In this document: positions 17,982 to 28,260 of the stretch, piece after piece
Layout: each line of letters opens with the position of its first letter
How positions within the stretch are numbered: the stretch's first letter is position 1
Program-made: the position numbers and the translations under genes
Notes under the pieces: generated by a model
Databases searched by the model: none
Seen by the model: only the letters and a program-made list of their open reading frames with translations
Told to the model about the DNA's origin: nothing
Source: Nannocystis bainbridge
Lineage (GTDB): Bacteria > Myxococcota_A > Polyangia > Nannocystales > Nannocystaceae
DNA length: 64,000 nucleotides
Assembly: GCF_028368995.1 (NCBI RefSeq)
Contig: NZ_JAQNDL010000001.1
Location: 1,024,001-1,088,000 of the forward strand
Direction: 5' to 3'

Positions 17982-20354
17982 TCAGCCCGGCGGGCGCGGG
18001 CACTTGCCTGTGCCCGACGCGCGGTTGTTGTCGACCCGGCACTCGTGCCACGCGTGCATCGGCATCGCGTCGTCGACGACCACCCACACCACCGAGCTGC
18101 CGTCGACGATCCCCGGCGGCGGGTTCGGCAGCAGCAGCACGACCTCCTCGGCCTCGGCGGGGTACAGCACCTTCGTCGTCACCGCCGACCCGAGCGGCAC
18201 CCCGGCGTTGTCGGGGTCGCCCTCGAAGAAATACACCGGCACGCCGACCGGCACCGACGCCGCGCCGATGTTGCGGACCCGCGCGGTCAGCCCGTAGGCC
18301 TCGGGCGCGCACTGCAGGCGCAGGTCGACGATCAGGTCGGGCGCCGCGAACTCGCCCTCGGGCTGGACGTTCTGGCGGAAGTTGTTGAGCCCCGGCACCT
18401 TCCAGTTGGTCGCCTCGACCTTCGGGGTGACGCCGCTCTCCTCGGTGTTGGTCACGTGATACGTGTGTTGATTCCACACCCGGCGGGTCCGCACCCAGCT
18501 GCCGAGGCTGTCGCCGAAGATGCGCACCCCGGTCTGCTGGGTCCCGTCGCAGGTGATGCCCGAATAATCATTCGACACGGCGACGATGTCCGCGTGCCCG
18601 TCGCCGTCGACGTCGGCGACCAGCGGGTACTCGACCAGCGTGCCGGTGGTGTTGCAGGTGCTCCACAGCACCGTCCCGTCGCTGCCCTTGTAGACCCGCA
18701 GCGTCGTCTCGTCGGAGTAGATGACCTCGGCCGAGCCGTCGCCGTCGAAGTCGAACACCGACGAACCGGTCGCGGCCGATGAGCAGTCCTGGGTCTGCTT
18801 GATCCACAAGAAGGTGTCCGCGTCGGCCACGTTCGGGTCCATCAGCTTCTTGCCGTCGAACACCGCGTAGCCGACCCCGCCGGCGACCGCGACGTCGGGC
18901 GTGCCGTCGCCGTTGAAGTCGGCGATCGTCTGCGGGCCGCCGCCGACGGTGTTGCCGGCCGAGCCGGGCGGGCACAGGTCCGGCGACAGCGCGCCGTTGA
19001 TGTCGATGCCGGCGCGGATGATCTGGACCCCGTTCGCGGCCATCGGATCGTGGCGCCAGATGATCAGGTGGTGCGGCAGCAGGGCCCCGCCGTTGGCGAT
19101 CGTCGCCACCTCGGCCTTGCCATCGAGGTCGAGGTCGGCGACCGCGCTCCACGCCCCCTCGAGGCCGGTCGTCGCCATCACCCCGCCGGCCGCGTTGTAG
19201 GCGCCCTGGGCGTGCACGATGTCGAGCTGGCCGTCGCCGTCGAGGTCGGCGGCGGTGTTGACGTGCCCCGCGAGCATGGTCTCGATCGCGCCGGTCTTGC
19301 CGTCGAGCACGGCGCTCGGGGTCAGCACCTCGGGGTTGCCGTCCTGGTCGAGGTCGACGATCGAGACGAACACGCCCGAGCCCTGCGCCGGCGAGGTCCA
19401 CAGGATGCTGCCGTCGCCGCGGAAGGCGATGACCTTGCCGGTGGTGGTGGTGGCCAGGACCTCGTTGCCGGGCAGCCCGTCGATGTCCCCGCCCGCGAGC
19501 TCGCGCCCGGGCGCGATCGGGTCGACCGCGGCGTCGTTGTAGGTCCACTTCTCGACGATCTGGCCGTCGACGATCGAGATGACGCGGACCGTGCCGTTGT
19601 TGGTGTAGTCGCCGCCGTCGAAGGTGGAGAACACGATCTCGGGGATGTCGCGCTCGTCGACGATCTGGTCGCAGTTGTCGTCGTCGAGCTGGACGACGAT
19701 CGGCGTCATCATCACGTCGCCCTTGTCCCAGTGATACTTGACCACCGGCGTGAAGGTCCCGGGCGGCGGCTTGTACTCGCAGCTGGCGAGGCAGGTCGGC
19801 GGATCGCCGGGGTCCTGGCCGTCGAGGCAGATCGGCGGCGCCGGCAAGCACTTGCCGGTCGCCGGGGTCACGCCGCCCTGGCACATGCCGCCCATCATCT
19901 CCGGCTCGCCGAGCGAGTACTCGCAGTATTCGTCGTCGGTGCACTCGCTGGCGTCGATGCAGGGGGCGCCGGGGGTGACGCAGGTGTTGAACGAGCAGAA
20001 GCCGCCTTCGGGGCAGCAGGTGTCGCCGCAGGCCTGATCCTCGGTCGGGCAGCACTCGCCGCCGATGCATGTGCCGCCCTGGTCGGCGCAGTCGGCCGGA
20101 CACACCGGCTCCGCAGTGGTGCTGTCGGTGCCGTCCGAGTCGCTCGTCTTCGTGGTCGAGGTCGGCGTCGGCTCACCCGTGGTGTCGGTGACGCCGTCGG
20201 TGCCGGCCTCGGTCGGGCCCGCGGTGGCCTCGGTCGCGACGGTCATGGGCGAGGTCGAGGTGAGGTTCTCGGTGGCCGACTCGCGGGCATCGTCGCCGCA
20301 GGCCGCGCCGAGCGCGAGACCCCAGCACAGGAGCATCGTCGGGGTGGACTTCAT
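17982..20354 (-). CDS. FG-GAP/VCBS-repeat lipoprotein with C-terminal CARDB-like domain
   Basis: LALGAAC lipobox; repeated DLDxDGxxE/D motifs (ADFNGDGTPD, FDFDGDGSAE); C-terminal PDL...VRNIG...ECRVDNN. Confidence 0.9.
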   Translation of the reverse strand: MKSTPTMLLCWGLALGAACGDDARESATENLTSTSPMTVATEATAGPTEAGTDGVTDTTGEPTPTSTTKTSDSDGTDSTTAEPVCPADCADQGGTCIGGECCPTEDQACGDTCCPEGGFCSFNTCVTPGAPCIDASECTDDEYCEYSLGEPEMMGGMCQGGVTPATGKCLPAPPICLDGQDPGDPPTCLASCEYKPPPGTFTPVVKYHWDKGDVMMTPIVVQLDDDNCDQIVDERDIPEIVFSTFDGGDYTNNGTVRVISIVDGQIVEKWTYNDAAVDPIAPGRELAGGDIDGLPGNEVLATTTTGKVIAFRGDGSILWTSPAQGSGVFVSIVDLDQDGNPEVLTPSAVLDGKTGAIETMLAGHVNTAADLDGDGQLDIVHAQGAYNAAGGVMATTGLEGAWSAVADLDLDGKAEVATIANGGALLPHHLIIWRHDPMAANGVQIIRAGIDINGALSPDLCPPGSAGNTVGGGPQTIADFNGDGTPDVAVAGGVGYAVFDGKKLMDPNVADADTFLWIKQTQDCSSAATGSSVFDFDGDGSAEVIYSDETTLRVYKGSDGTVLWSTCNTTGTLVEYPLVADVDGDGHADIVAVSNDYSGITCDGTQQTGVRIFGDSLGSWVRTRRVWNQHTYHVTNTEESGVTPKVEATNWKVPGLNNFRQNVQPEGEFAAPDLIVDLRLQCAPEAYGLTARVRNIGAASVPVGVPVYFFEGDPDNAGVPLGSAVTTKVLYPAEAEEVVLLLPNPPPGIVDGSSVVWVVVDDAMPMHAWHECRVDNNRASGTGKCPRPPG

Positions 20355-20513
20355 CCCGGCGAGGGTAACGAAGCCCGCCGGCCGACGATAGCGCGAGGCC
20401 GACGCGATCGCGTCTGCGCAGGCAATCGCGCGCAGCGTCCGCGCATGACGCCCGCGTGAACACGCGCGTGTTCGCGGCCTGCGAACCCGCGCGCGTTCGT
20501 CGATGCGATCGGC

Positions 20514-21056
20514 TCAGCCGCGCGGCGGGGCCGTCCAGGATGGGTCGAGCGTGGTGCACGGCGACTGCAGGTCACCCTGGATCGGCTGCGCGTGGAGCTT
20601 GGTGCACTCCTCGCGCGTCGAGAAGCAGAAGGTCCTGCCCGTGTCGCCGCGGTAGATCGTGTAGCACGTGACCTCCTTGTGCTCCTTGCAGGCGCCGAGG
20701 ATGTCCATGCCCTTCTCCTTGGTGCGCTTCAGCTCGTCCGCGCAATACGGCTGGACCTCGTGACACGAGCTGGCCTGGTTGGACGAGCGCGTCATGTGCT
20801 CGAAGCAGAAGTACGGGGTGCCGGGTTGGTGGTTGAGGTCGCGCCCGTCGAAGATCGGCAGGCCGTCGGGACCCAGAGTGGGCTTGTTCGCCTTGATCTC
20901 GAAGGGAAACAGGCTGGCCGTGGTGGCCCGTGCGTCGGACACGCCCTTCGACCCCGCGGCCTCGAACGCGGCGGCGGTCACCGGGGGCGACGTGATGGTT
21001 CTCTGGGGAAAGCAGGCAGCAAGCAGGCACGTGGCGAGGCACACCATTCGAGTCAT
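20514..21056 (-). CDS. Cys-rich lipoprotein
   Basis: CLLAAC lipobox; two Cys-rich modules (YFCFE...SCH, VTCYT...FCFSTREEC). Confidence 0.75.
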   Translation of the reverse strand: MTRMVCLATCLLAACFPQRTITSPPVTAAAFEAAGSKGVSDARATTASLFPFEIKANKPTLGPDGLPIFDGRDLNHQPGTPYFCFEHMTRSSNQASSCHEVQPYCADELKRTKEKGMDILGACKEHKEVTCYTIYRGDTGRTFCFSTREECTKLHAQPIQGDLQSPCTTLDPSWTAPPRG

Positions 21057-21113
21057 GACGGTCGGTCTCCTGGGCTCGCAGGGACCGGACACAGGCAGTT
21101 CGGGAATGTCGCG

Positions 21114-22628
21114 TCAACGGTCGCACTCGGCGGCGACCCGCGCGAGTTCGAGCGCCGGCGTGGTCGCGCGGAGCTTCGCCAGCACGCCGGCCTGCTCGCG
21201 CGCCGCGGCGCAATCACCGATGCCGGCGAAGCACTGGATCGCGTTCATGGCGAACTTCTCGGCGTCCTCTGGCGTGCCGGCGAGCGTCGTGACCCACGTC
21301 GCGCGGTCAGCACAGGCCGCCGGTGAACGCCCGCGCTTGCCTTGCCCGAGCGCCCGATCGGCGCGCTCCTCGGGGATGTCGCCGTCGGCCGGGCAATAGT
21401 CGAAGACCGTGCTCGCGGCCGCGGCCCGGACCGCGGGCGACAGCATGGCGACCCCCGCCTTGCAGCGCCCGGCCAGCATCTCGCAGATCGCTCGGTGCCC
21501 CTCGTACTTCTCCTTGTCGATGGCGACGAGCCCGGTGACCACGACGGCGCACCGGTCGGCGTCGTTTTCATGCATGGCCTCGGTCCAGGCGACCAGGAGC
21601 GTCGATTCGTCGGCGCCGGCAACCTCCGGCGCGACGACCTCCGGCTCGGCGACGACCGGCGGAGCCACCGGCCACGCGAGCACGGCGATCGCTGCGATCG
21701 CGGCGAGGCCGAGCCCGGCCGCGGCGAGCCGCCAGCGCCGCTGCGGCGCCTCGAGAGCCGACGCGAGATCGGCGACGCGATCGAAGCGATCGTTCGGCCG
21801 CACGGCGATGGCGCGCGCCAGCACCTCGCGCGCAGCGGCAGGGATCGTCCGCGGCAGCGCGGCCGCGGCGGTGCCCGCAGGCACGACCGTGCCCGCGACC
21901 GCGTGGATCATCGCCATCGCCAACCCGAACTGATCGGCGCGCACGTCGATCGGCGCGCCGGCGGCCTGCTCGGGCGCCATGAACCCGGGCGTGCCGCCGA
22001 GCGCCGCGGTGCCGTCGCCGACGAGCCCGAAGTCACCGAGCCGCGCGCGCCCGTCGCGACCGACGAACACGTTGGCGGGCTTGACGTCGCGGTGCAGCAG
22101 CCCGCGGGCGTGCACCGCCACGAGCCCGCGCGCGACCTGCAGGTAGAGCGCCTGGACCTGCGGCCAGGTCGGCCGCGTGCGCCGGCACCACACGTCGGCA
22201 GGATCGCCGTCGACGAGCTCGGTGACGAGGCAGACCCCGCGCTCGCTGTCGACGACGTCGTGGAGGGTGAGGATGTGCGGGTCGGCGAGCAGCGCGAGGC
22301 CGCGGGCCTCGGCCAGCAAGCGCGCACGCGCGAGCGGACGATCGGGTCGCACGATCTTGACGGCGACGCGGCGCGCCAGCAGCGGATCGAACGCCTCGAG
22401 CACGAGGCCCATGCCGCCGCTGCCGAGCGGCCCGGCGAGCTCGTAGCGGCCGATCGTCGCGGTCGCAGCGGCGGCTTCGTCCGGCGCGACCAGCCTGGCC
22501 AGCTCGGCCACGATCGCGGCGCACGCCGGGCAGCCGGCGATGTGCAGCTCGAGCGCCCCGCGCTCGTCCTCGACCAGCGCCCCCTCGACGAGGGCCGCGA
22601 TCGTCTCGTCGCTCGGGCAGGTCGTCAC
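21114..22628 (-). CDS. Membrane Ser/Thr kinase with N-terminal zf-HC2 (anti-sigma type) zinc finger
   Basis: HIAGCPAC (HxxxCxxC); GSGGMG, VAVK, HRDVKPAN, DFG, GTPGFMAPE; TM helix and Cys-rich external domain. Confidence 0.9.
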   Translation of the reverse strand: MTTCPSDETIAALVEGALVEDERGALELHIAGCPACAAIVAELARLVAPDEAAAATATIGRYELAGPLGSGGMGLVLEAFDPLLARRVAVKIVRPDRPLARARLLAEARGLALLADPHILTLHDVVDSERGVCLVTELVDGDPADVWCRRTRPTWPQVQALYLQVARGLVAVHARGLLHRDVKPANVFVGRDGRARLGDFGLVGDGTAALGGTPGFMAPEQAAGAPIDVRADQFGLAMAMIHAVAGTVVPAGTAAAALPRTIPAAAREVLARAIAVRPNDRFDRVADLASALEAPQRRWRLAAAGLGLAAIAAIAVLAWPVAPPVVAEPEVVAPEVAGADESTLLVAWTEAMHENDADRCAVVVTGLVAIDKEKYEGHRAICEMLAGRCKAGVAMLSPAVRAAAASTVFDYCPADGDIPEERADRALGQGKRGRSPAACADRATWVTTLAGTPEDAEKFAMNAIQCFAGIGDCAAAREQAGVLAKLRATTPALELARVAAECDR

Positions 22629-23368
22629 GCCCCGGTCTCCGCGAGCAGGCGCGACAGCGTGACCTCGACCTGGCCGTCGACCTCGCGCTGCAGCGACGCG
22701 AGCTCGTCGTCGTCGAGCGCGAGCGACGACTTGAGCCCGGCGATCGTGCGCTCGATCAGCCGCTCGCGCGCCCTGGCCAGCCGACGCGCCGCGGTGGCGC
22801 GGTGGATCCCGAGCGCCACCCCGAGCTGATCGATCGTCAATCGATGCACGACCCCGAGGCGGAGCACCGCGCGCTCGGACCGGTCGAGCGCGCCCACGGC
22901 CGCGGTCAGGGCAGCGCGGAAGGCCTCGCGGTACTCCGCCCGGAGGAACCTCAGCTCGATGTCGTCACCGCCGTCGACGAGCTCGGCGAGGCCACCGGTC
23001 GAGGCCGCCGGTCGCGCCGGATCGTGCCCGCGCTGGGCGTTGAGGCAGATCCGCAGGGCGGCGACGCGCAGCCAGTTTTCGAAGTGACCGCGTCCCGTGT
23101 ACTGGGCGATCCGCGGCGGCGCGCCGGTCAGCAGGCGCTCGCGGATCCGCTGCCGCAGCTCGTCGGCGTGCTGCGGATCGGTGGCGAAGCGGGCCGTCAC
23201 CGTCCGCAGCACCGGGCCGAACTTCGCCTCGAAGGTGGCGATCGCTTTGGCATCACCGGCGGCGCACGCCGTGGCCAGCGCGAGGTCCCCCGCGTGTTCG
23301 TCGACCGCTCCCATGGCTGCCACGAGCCTAGACTCCGCGCGCGGAGAAGTCGAAGGATCGCCCGTCAT
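22625..23368 (-). CDS. Sigma-70 family factor, Myxococcales type (TIGR03001-like)
   Basis: DLALATACAAGD, DELRQRIRERLL, PRIAQYTGRG..ENWLRVAALR, TIDQLGVALGIHRATAARRL. Confidence 0.8.
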   Translation of the reverse strand: MTGDPSTSPRAESRLVAAMGAVDEHAGDLALATACAAGDAKAIATFEAKFGPVLRTVTARFATDPQHADELRQRIRERLLTGAPPRIAQYTGRGHFENWLRVAALRICLNAQRGHDPARPAASTGGLAELVDGGDDIELRFLRAEYREAFRAALTAAVGALDRSERAVLRLGVVHRLTIDQLGVALGIHRATAARRLARARERLIERTIAGLKSSLALDDDELASLQREVDGQVEVTLSRLLAETGA

Positions 23369-25206
23369 CGCCGCCGGCCACGGCGACGCAGCAGCCCCGC
23401 CGCCACGAACACCACCAGCCAGCCGGAGCGACCGTCGCCGTCGCTGGCGCAGCCGCAGCCGCTGCTGTCGGTCATGCCCGGGCCGGTGGCGCTGCCCGCC
23501 GAGTCGTCGCCGCTGCTGCCGTCCGACGAGCCGCCCTCGGTGGCCGGACCGGTGGTCGGACCGGTGGTCGGCGCCCCGCCGGTGGTCCCGGATGCGCCGG
23601 TCATGTCGTCGCCGGTCGTCGCCGTGGAGTCGCCGCCGGTGCCGTCGTCGCTGGTCGTGCCCGGGTCCTCGCTCGCCTCATACGCCTGATCGACCGCGCA
23701 GGCGGTGTTGCCACGGGGGTCCTCTGCACATACGCGAAAGACCACGGTCCCACGCGCGGGCGGGAGGACCACGCGGAACAGATCGCCGCCCATGAAGGTG
23801 GCGTCGACCTCGGTGGCGGCGCCCTCCGGGTCGATCACCGCATAAGCGCGAGCGAGCCGCGGGCCCTCGTCGGTGACGGTGCGATCGCTGACGGCGAAGC
23901 GGACCACGGGGGCGGCGTCGAAATCGACCGGGCCGGCGACCGTCTCGACGGCGAGCAGCTTCGGCGGCTGGGCGTCGATCGGGTCGCCATCCCCGGCCAA
24001 ATAGACCTCGTCGGCGCTGCTGCACTCGCCCTGGCCGGTGACGAGGTCGAGGCGGCCGTCGCCGTCGAGGTCGCCGAACTCGGCCCACAGGCTGCAATCG
24101 GTCGGTCCGGGGAACACCCCGGGCATGCTCGTGAAGTGGCCGGCGCCGTCGTTGATCAGGGTGCGCTCGGGGCTGGACAGCGAGACGACGACCGCGTCGA
24201 AGTCGCCGTCGTCGTCGATGTCGGCGCACACGACCCCGTTGTCGTCGCTGCCGCTGTCATTGCCGGTCACGCGCGCGGCGGTCTCGTCGGTGAAGCCGCC
24301 GGCGCCGTCGTTGATCAGCAGCTGCTCGTTGTAACCACCGCCGATGTTGTCGATCCAGACGTCGAGGTCGCCGTCGCCGTCGACGTCGCAGACGCCCGGG
24401 TTGTAATGAAAGCCGCTGTTGCCCGCCGGCGGGAACTCGGCGGCGGTGAAGCCACCGGCGCCGTCGTTTTTCCACAAGTTGCCGCCGCCGTCCGCGTGAG
24501 GGTTGACGAGCACGTCGAGGTCGAAGTCGCGGTCGACGTCGAGGAGGTCGAAGTCGTCGACCTCCTCGCCCTGCAGCGCGGCCGGCAGCGCGCCGTCGAT
24601 CTCCTCGAATTGGCCGCTGCCGTCGTTGCGGTAGAGCCGGGCGAACCGGGCCGCGCCGGCGCCCTGCGAGTAGCCGTCGCCGGCGAGGATGTCGAGGTCA
24701 CCGTCGCTGTCGAAGTCACCCATGCGGGCCGCGCCGCCCTGCGGGAACGAGCCGGCCGGCAGGCGCCCCGCGGCCTCGTCGACGAACACGCCGGCGCCGT
24801 CGTTGATGAAGAGGACGTGCGGGCCGCCGGCGCCGTCGGGCGCGTAGAGGTCGAGGTCACCGTCGCCGTCGATGTCGCCGACAGCGACCTGGCGGTGGTT
24901 GCCGGCATGATCGGCGACGGCGGCGGCCGACTCGTTGCTGAACCCGGCCACGCCGTTGTTGAGGTAGACGACCAGCGGCTCCGGCTCGTCGGCGCCGGCG
25001 AAAAAGTCGGGGTAGTTGACGAGCAGGATGTCGAGGTCGCCGTCGCCGTCGACGTCGGTGACGCGCAGGTAATTGGTCCAGCAGCCCTGGCCCTGGCACG
25101 CCTGCGGATCGAGGGCGCCGGGGACGAGCTGGTAGGCCGAGGCCGAGGTCGAGCCCAGGGCCGCGAGGCCGGCGGTGAAGGCAAGGGTGATTCGCGTCAA
25201 GGTCAT
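23365..25206 (-). CDS. FG-GAP/VCBS-repeat secreted protein with MYXO-CTERM anchor
   Basis: Signal peptide; several DxDGDGDLD...NDGxG repeats; C-terminal GCGC...hydrophobic...RRRGRRR. Confidence 0.88.
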   Translation of the reverse strand: MTLTRITLAFTAGLAALGSTSASAYQLVPGALDPQACQGQGCWTNYLRVTDVDGDGDLDILLVNYPDFFAGADEPEPLVVYLNNGVAGFSNESAAAVADHAGNHRQVAVGDIDGDGDLDLYAPDGAGGPHVLFINDGAGVFVDEAAGRLPAGSFPQGGAARMGDFDSDGDLDILAGDGYSQGAGAARFARLYRNDGSGQFEEIDGALPAALQGEEVDDFDLLDVDRDFDLDVLVNPHADGGGNLWKNDGAGGFTAAEFPPAGNSGFHYNPGVCDVDGDGDLDVWIDNIGGGYNEQLLINDGAGGFTDETAARVTGNDSGSDDNGVVCADIDDDGDFDAVVVSLSSPERTLINDGAGHFTSMPGVFPGPTDCSLWAEFGDLDGDGRLDLVTGQGECSSADEVYLAGDGDPIDAQPPKLLAVETVAGPVDFDAAPVVRFAVSDRTVTDEGPRLARAYAVIDPEGAATEVDATFMGGDLFRVVLPPARGTVVFRVCAEDPRGNTACAVDQAYEASEDPGTTSDDGTGGDSTATTGDDMTGASGTTGGAPTTGPTTGPATEGGSSDGSSGDDSAGSATGPGMTDSSGCGCASDGDGRSGWLVVFVAAGLLRRRGRRR

Positions 25207-25292
25207 GCCTCGTGGTTCAAGCGGCCGCAGTGGAGCACGAATCTCCGACAGTGTGGATCGGGCCCGCTCGCGCCGGCCGCCGCGCCGCGAGG

Positions 25293-27128
25293 TCACAGCG
25301 CGAACGCGCCGCGGTCCCACGATCCCTGCGGCGGCCGCAGCTGCTGGGCGATGTCGGTGGTGACGAAGCCGTGGTCGGGCAGCCCGAACACGTTGACGCC
25401 GGTGCCCGCGCCCTGCCCGTCCGGCTTGAGGTGGAAATCACCGTTCGCGGCGTCGACGAACACCGAGGTCGGCGTGGCCGCGCCGCTCACGTCGTCGCCG
25501 GCGCTCATCAGCGGCGCCGGGAGGATCGCATTGTCGACGAAGCCGAAGCTGAGGTTGCCCTCGCTGCTGGTGATCTCGACCCCGACGTCGCCGGCGTGCA
25601 CCGCCGCCTGCCCGCCGCTGGTGCTGAGGAAGACGTTGTTGGTCAGCCGCCAGCGCATCGTCACCGCGGGGTCGCCGGAGCCGTGGATCGCCGCGCTGGC
25701 GCCGATCACCGTGTTGTTGGTCAGCGTCAACGCCATGTCGTCGTTGCCGCAGCTGTAGAAATCGATCGCGCTGCCGCCGGCGCTGGCCTTTTCGATCACA
25801 TTGTTGCGCATCACCAGCGACACCGGGTCGGCGCCGCACGAGCCGTAGCCGCCGACGACGTCGGTGGCGAAGCCGCCGCCCTCCTGGCAGATCCGGTTGG
25901 CGTCGAGCACGCCCTGGCCGGCGTGCAGGGCGTGGTTGCCGTATTCGACCGCGCTGACGACGAACGTCTGCGGCGCGTCGGAGCGGACGTAGATGTCGTT
26001 GCAGCGCAGCACCGAGACGCCGCCGGGGCACGCGCTGGCGATGATGCCGTAGAGGTTGAGGGTGTTCATGTCGCCGCCGGAGGTGGCGACGATCTCGACG
26101 TAGTTGCGCACCAGCGTGCCGGCGCCCACGAAGTGATGCGGGTAGCTCCACGCGTCGGCGTGCAGCGGGTTGGCGATCATGCGAAACCCGCCGAACACCG
26201 CGTTGTTGTGATCGAGGTTGAGCCGGCCGTAAAACATCGAAGGGTGCGCGTCGGGATCCCAGGTGGCGAACGCATCGTCGAAGCCGCCCTTGATCGTCAA
26301 CTCCTTGCCGACGTAGACCTCGGCCGAGGCGTAGTCGCCCTCGGCGACGCGCAGCGTGCTGCCGGGCGGGGCGGCGTCGACGGCGTGACACAGGGTCCGC
26401 CACGCGGTCTCGGGGGTGGTGCCGTCGCCCGCGTCGTCGCCGTTGGCGGCGCTGACGTGAAACACCGGGCCCGGCTCGGCGATCGGACACGGCAAGCCCT
26501 GGGCCGGCGGGAACTGCTGGCGGCAGCCGGACACGAGCGGCTGCGGAGCGGGGATCGCCAGCTCGAAGCAGGCGCCGCCGCCCCCGCTGCAGCTGCCCGG
26601 ACCGCACACACCCGGGCCGTCGGCGACGCCGTCGCAGTCGTTGTCGAGCCCGTCACACAGCTCGGGCCCGGGCGAGACGCACTCGATGCAGCCGACCCCG
26701 TCGACGCACAAGTGCCCGCACTCCTCCATCGACGGGACCTCGCCCTCGCAGACGATGGCGACGTTGCCGTCGCAGACGATGCCCTCGACGCACAGCTCGC
26801 CGGTGGTGCCGGTGGTCGTGCCGGTGGTCGTGGTCGTGTCCGTGGTCGTGTCCGTCGTCTCGTCGGTGGTCGAGGTCGAGACCTCGACGCCGGTGGTGCT
26901 TGACGGATCGGTGGTGCTGGTGGTGCCGGTCAGCGAGTCGGAGCCGCCGCTGTCGGTCGTCGTCGGCTCGAGGGACGTCGAGCCGGTGCTGCTGCCGGTG
27001 CTGCTGCCGGTGCTCGCGGAGGACGACTCGGAGGCGGTGCCTGCAGTTCCCGCAGATTCGTCGCTGCAGCCGGCGAGCAGCGCCGCGAGCGGCCATGCGA
27101 GGGTGCGAGCGGCGACGAGGATGCGCAT
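25293..27128 (-). CDS. Lipoprotein with MopE-like Cys repeat and DUF1565 / right-handed beta-helix domain
   Basis: LLAGC lipobox; PELCDGLDNDCDG; HVSAANGDDAGDGTTPETAWRTL, LRVAEGDY, FVDAANGDFHL. Confidence 0.82.
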   Translation of the reverse strand: MRILVAARTLAWPLAALLAGCSDESAGTAGTASESSSASTGSSTGSSTGSTSLEPTTTDSGGSDSLTGTTSTTDPSSTTGVEVSTSTTDETTDTTTDTTTTTGTTTGTTGELCVEGIVCDGNVAIVCEGEVPSMEECGHLCVDGVGCIECVSPGPELCDGLDNDCDGVADGPGVCGPGSCSGGGGACFELAIPAPQPLVSGCRQQFPPAQGLPCPIAEPGPVFHVSAANGDDAGDGTTPETAWRTLCHAVDAAPPGSTLRVAEGDYASAEVYVGKELTIKGGFDDAFATWDPDAHPSMFYGRLNLDHNNAVFGGFRMIANPLHADAWSYPHHFVGAGTLVRNYVEIVATSGGDMNTLNLYGIIASACPGGVSVLRCNDIYVRSDAPQTFVVSAVEYGNHALHAGQGVLDANRICQEGGGFATDVVGGYGSCGADPVSLVMRNNVIEKASAGGSAIDFYSCGNDDMALTLTNNTVIGASAAIHGSGDPAVTMRWRLTNNVFLSTSGGQAAVHAGDVGVEITSSEGNLSFGFVDNAILPAPLMSAGDDVSGAATPTSVFVDAANGDFHLKPDGQGAGTGVNVFGLPDHGFVTTDIAQQLRPPQGSWDRGAFAL

Positions 27129-27452
27129 GCGACCGCGAGCCTACCGCGCCCGCCCGCCGCCAGCGCGTGCGCCGACACGAGGTCGAGCGACACCCTCGCA
27201 TCGAGGTCGTCGTTCATCCGCGCTCTCGATCCAGCGGCCGAGCGTAACCGACGCGAAGCCCCGGCGGTTCGTCGCGCCACCGCGACCTTCACGGCCCGCG
27301 CCGCGTCGGGACGAGTTCGATGTTCTGCTCGCTGCACGCGAGGGCGTCGCCGGCGCAGGCCTCTGTGGGCCTCTGGCCGGCGTTCCGCGAGCCTTGACAG
27401 GACTTCATGAAGATGAAAAGTATTTCACCGCTCTGAACAAGGACGGCACTCC

Positions 27453-28094
27453 ATGACGCTTCGTCTCGGCGATACGGCCCCGAATTTCCAGGCAGACACC
27501 ACCCAAGGCCCCATCGACTTCTACCAGTGGAAGGGCGACAGCTGGGCGATCCTGTTCTCGCACCCCAAGGACTTCACGCCGGTCTGCACGACCGAGCTCG
27601 GATACACGGCCAAGCTGCGGCCCGAGTTCGAGAAGCGCGGGGTCAAGGTCCTCGGCCTGTCGGTCGACCCGGTCGAGTCGCACCATCGGTGGGAGAAGGA
27701 CATCGAGGAGACCCAGGGCACGGCCGTGAACTTCCCGGTGATCGGCGACGCGGACCGCAAGGTCAGCGAGCTCTACGGGCTCATCCACCCCAACGCCAGC
27801 GACACGCTGACGGTGCGCTCGGTGTACGTCATCGGGCCCGACAACAAGGTCAAGCTGTCGATCACGTACCCGGCCTCGACCGGCCGCAACTTCGACGAGA
27901 TCCTGCGCGTGATCGACTCGCTGCAGCTGACCTCCGAGCACAAGGTGGCGACGCCGGTGAACTGGCGCGACGGCGAGGACGTGATCATCGTGCCGTCGGT
28001 CAGCGACGACGAGGCCCGTCAGCGCTTCCCCGGCGGCTGGAACACGGTGAAGCCGTACCTGCGCCTGGTGCCCCAGCCGAAGTCGAAGGGCTGA
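27453..28094 (+). CDS. 1-Cys peroxiredoxin (Prx6 family)
   Basis: FSHPKDFTPVCTTE, YPASTGRNFDEILRVIDSLQL, ATPVNW. Confidence 0.96.
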   Translation: MTLRLGDTAPNFQADTTQGPIDFYQWKGDSWAILFSHPKDFTPVCTTELGYTAKLRPEFEKRGVKVLGLSVDPVESHHRWEKDIEETQGTAVNFPVIGDADRKVSELYGLIHPNASDTLTVRSVYVIGPDNKVKLSITYPASTGRNFDEILRVIDSLQLTSEHKVATPVNWRDGEDVIIVPSVSDDEARQRFPGGWNTVKPYLRLVPQPKSKG

Positions 28095-28260
28095 GCCCGC
28101 GAGCCCGCGCGCGCGGCTCGAACGCCCGCGCGCGGCCGTGACCGAGCCTGCGGGTGCTCGCACCCGATCTGTCCGAAAGGACAGGCCACACCGGCGCGTC
28201 GGCGACCGGGTGCGCGGACGCGACTGCGCCGCGGCGTCGCCTCGTGATAGCGTCGCGCGC

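Noticed and set aside
28169-28184. LexA/SOS box (CTGT-N8-ACAG matches this and other palindrome copies)
   Set aside because: Copies lie inside CDSs and at 3' ends rather than in repair-gene promoters, the spacer is GC-rich with fixed CC/GG, and this box is the gammaproteobacterial type rather than the myxobacterial one.
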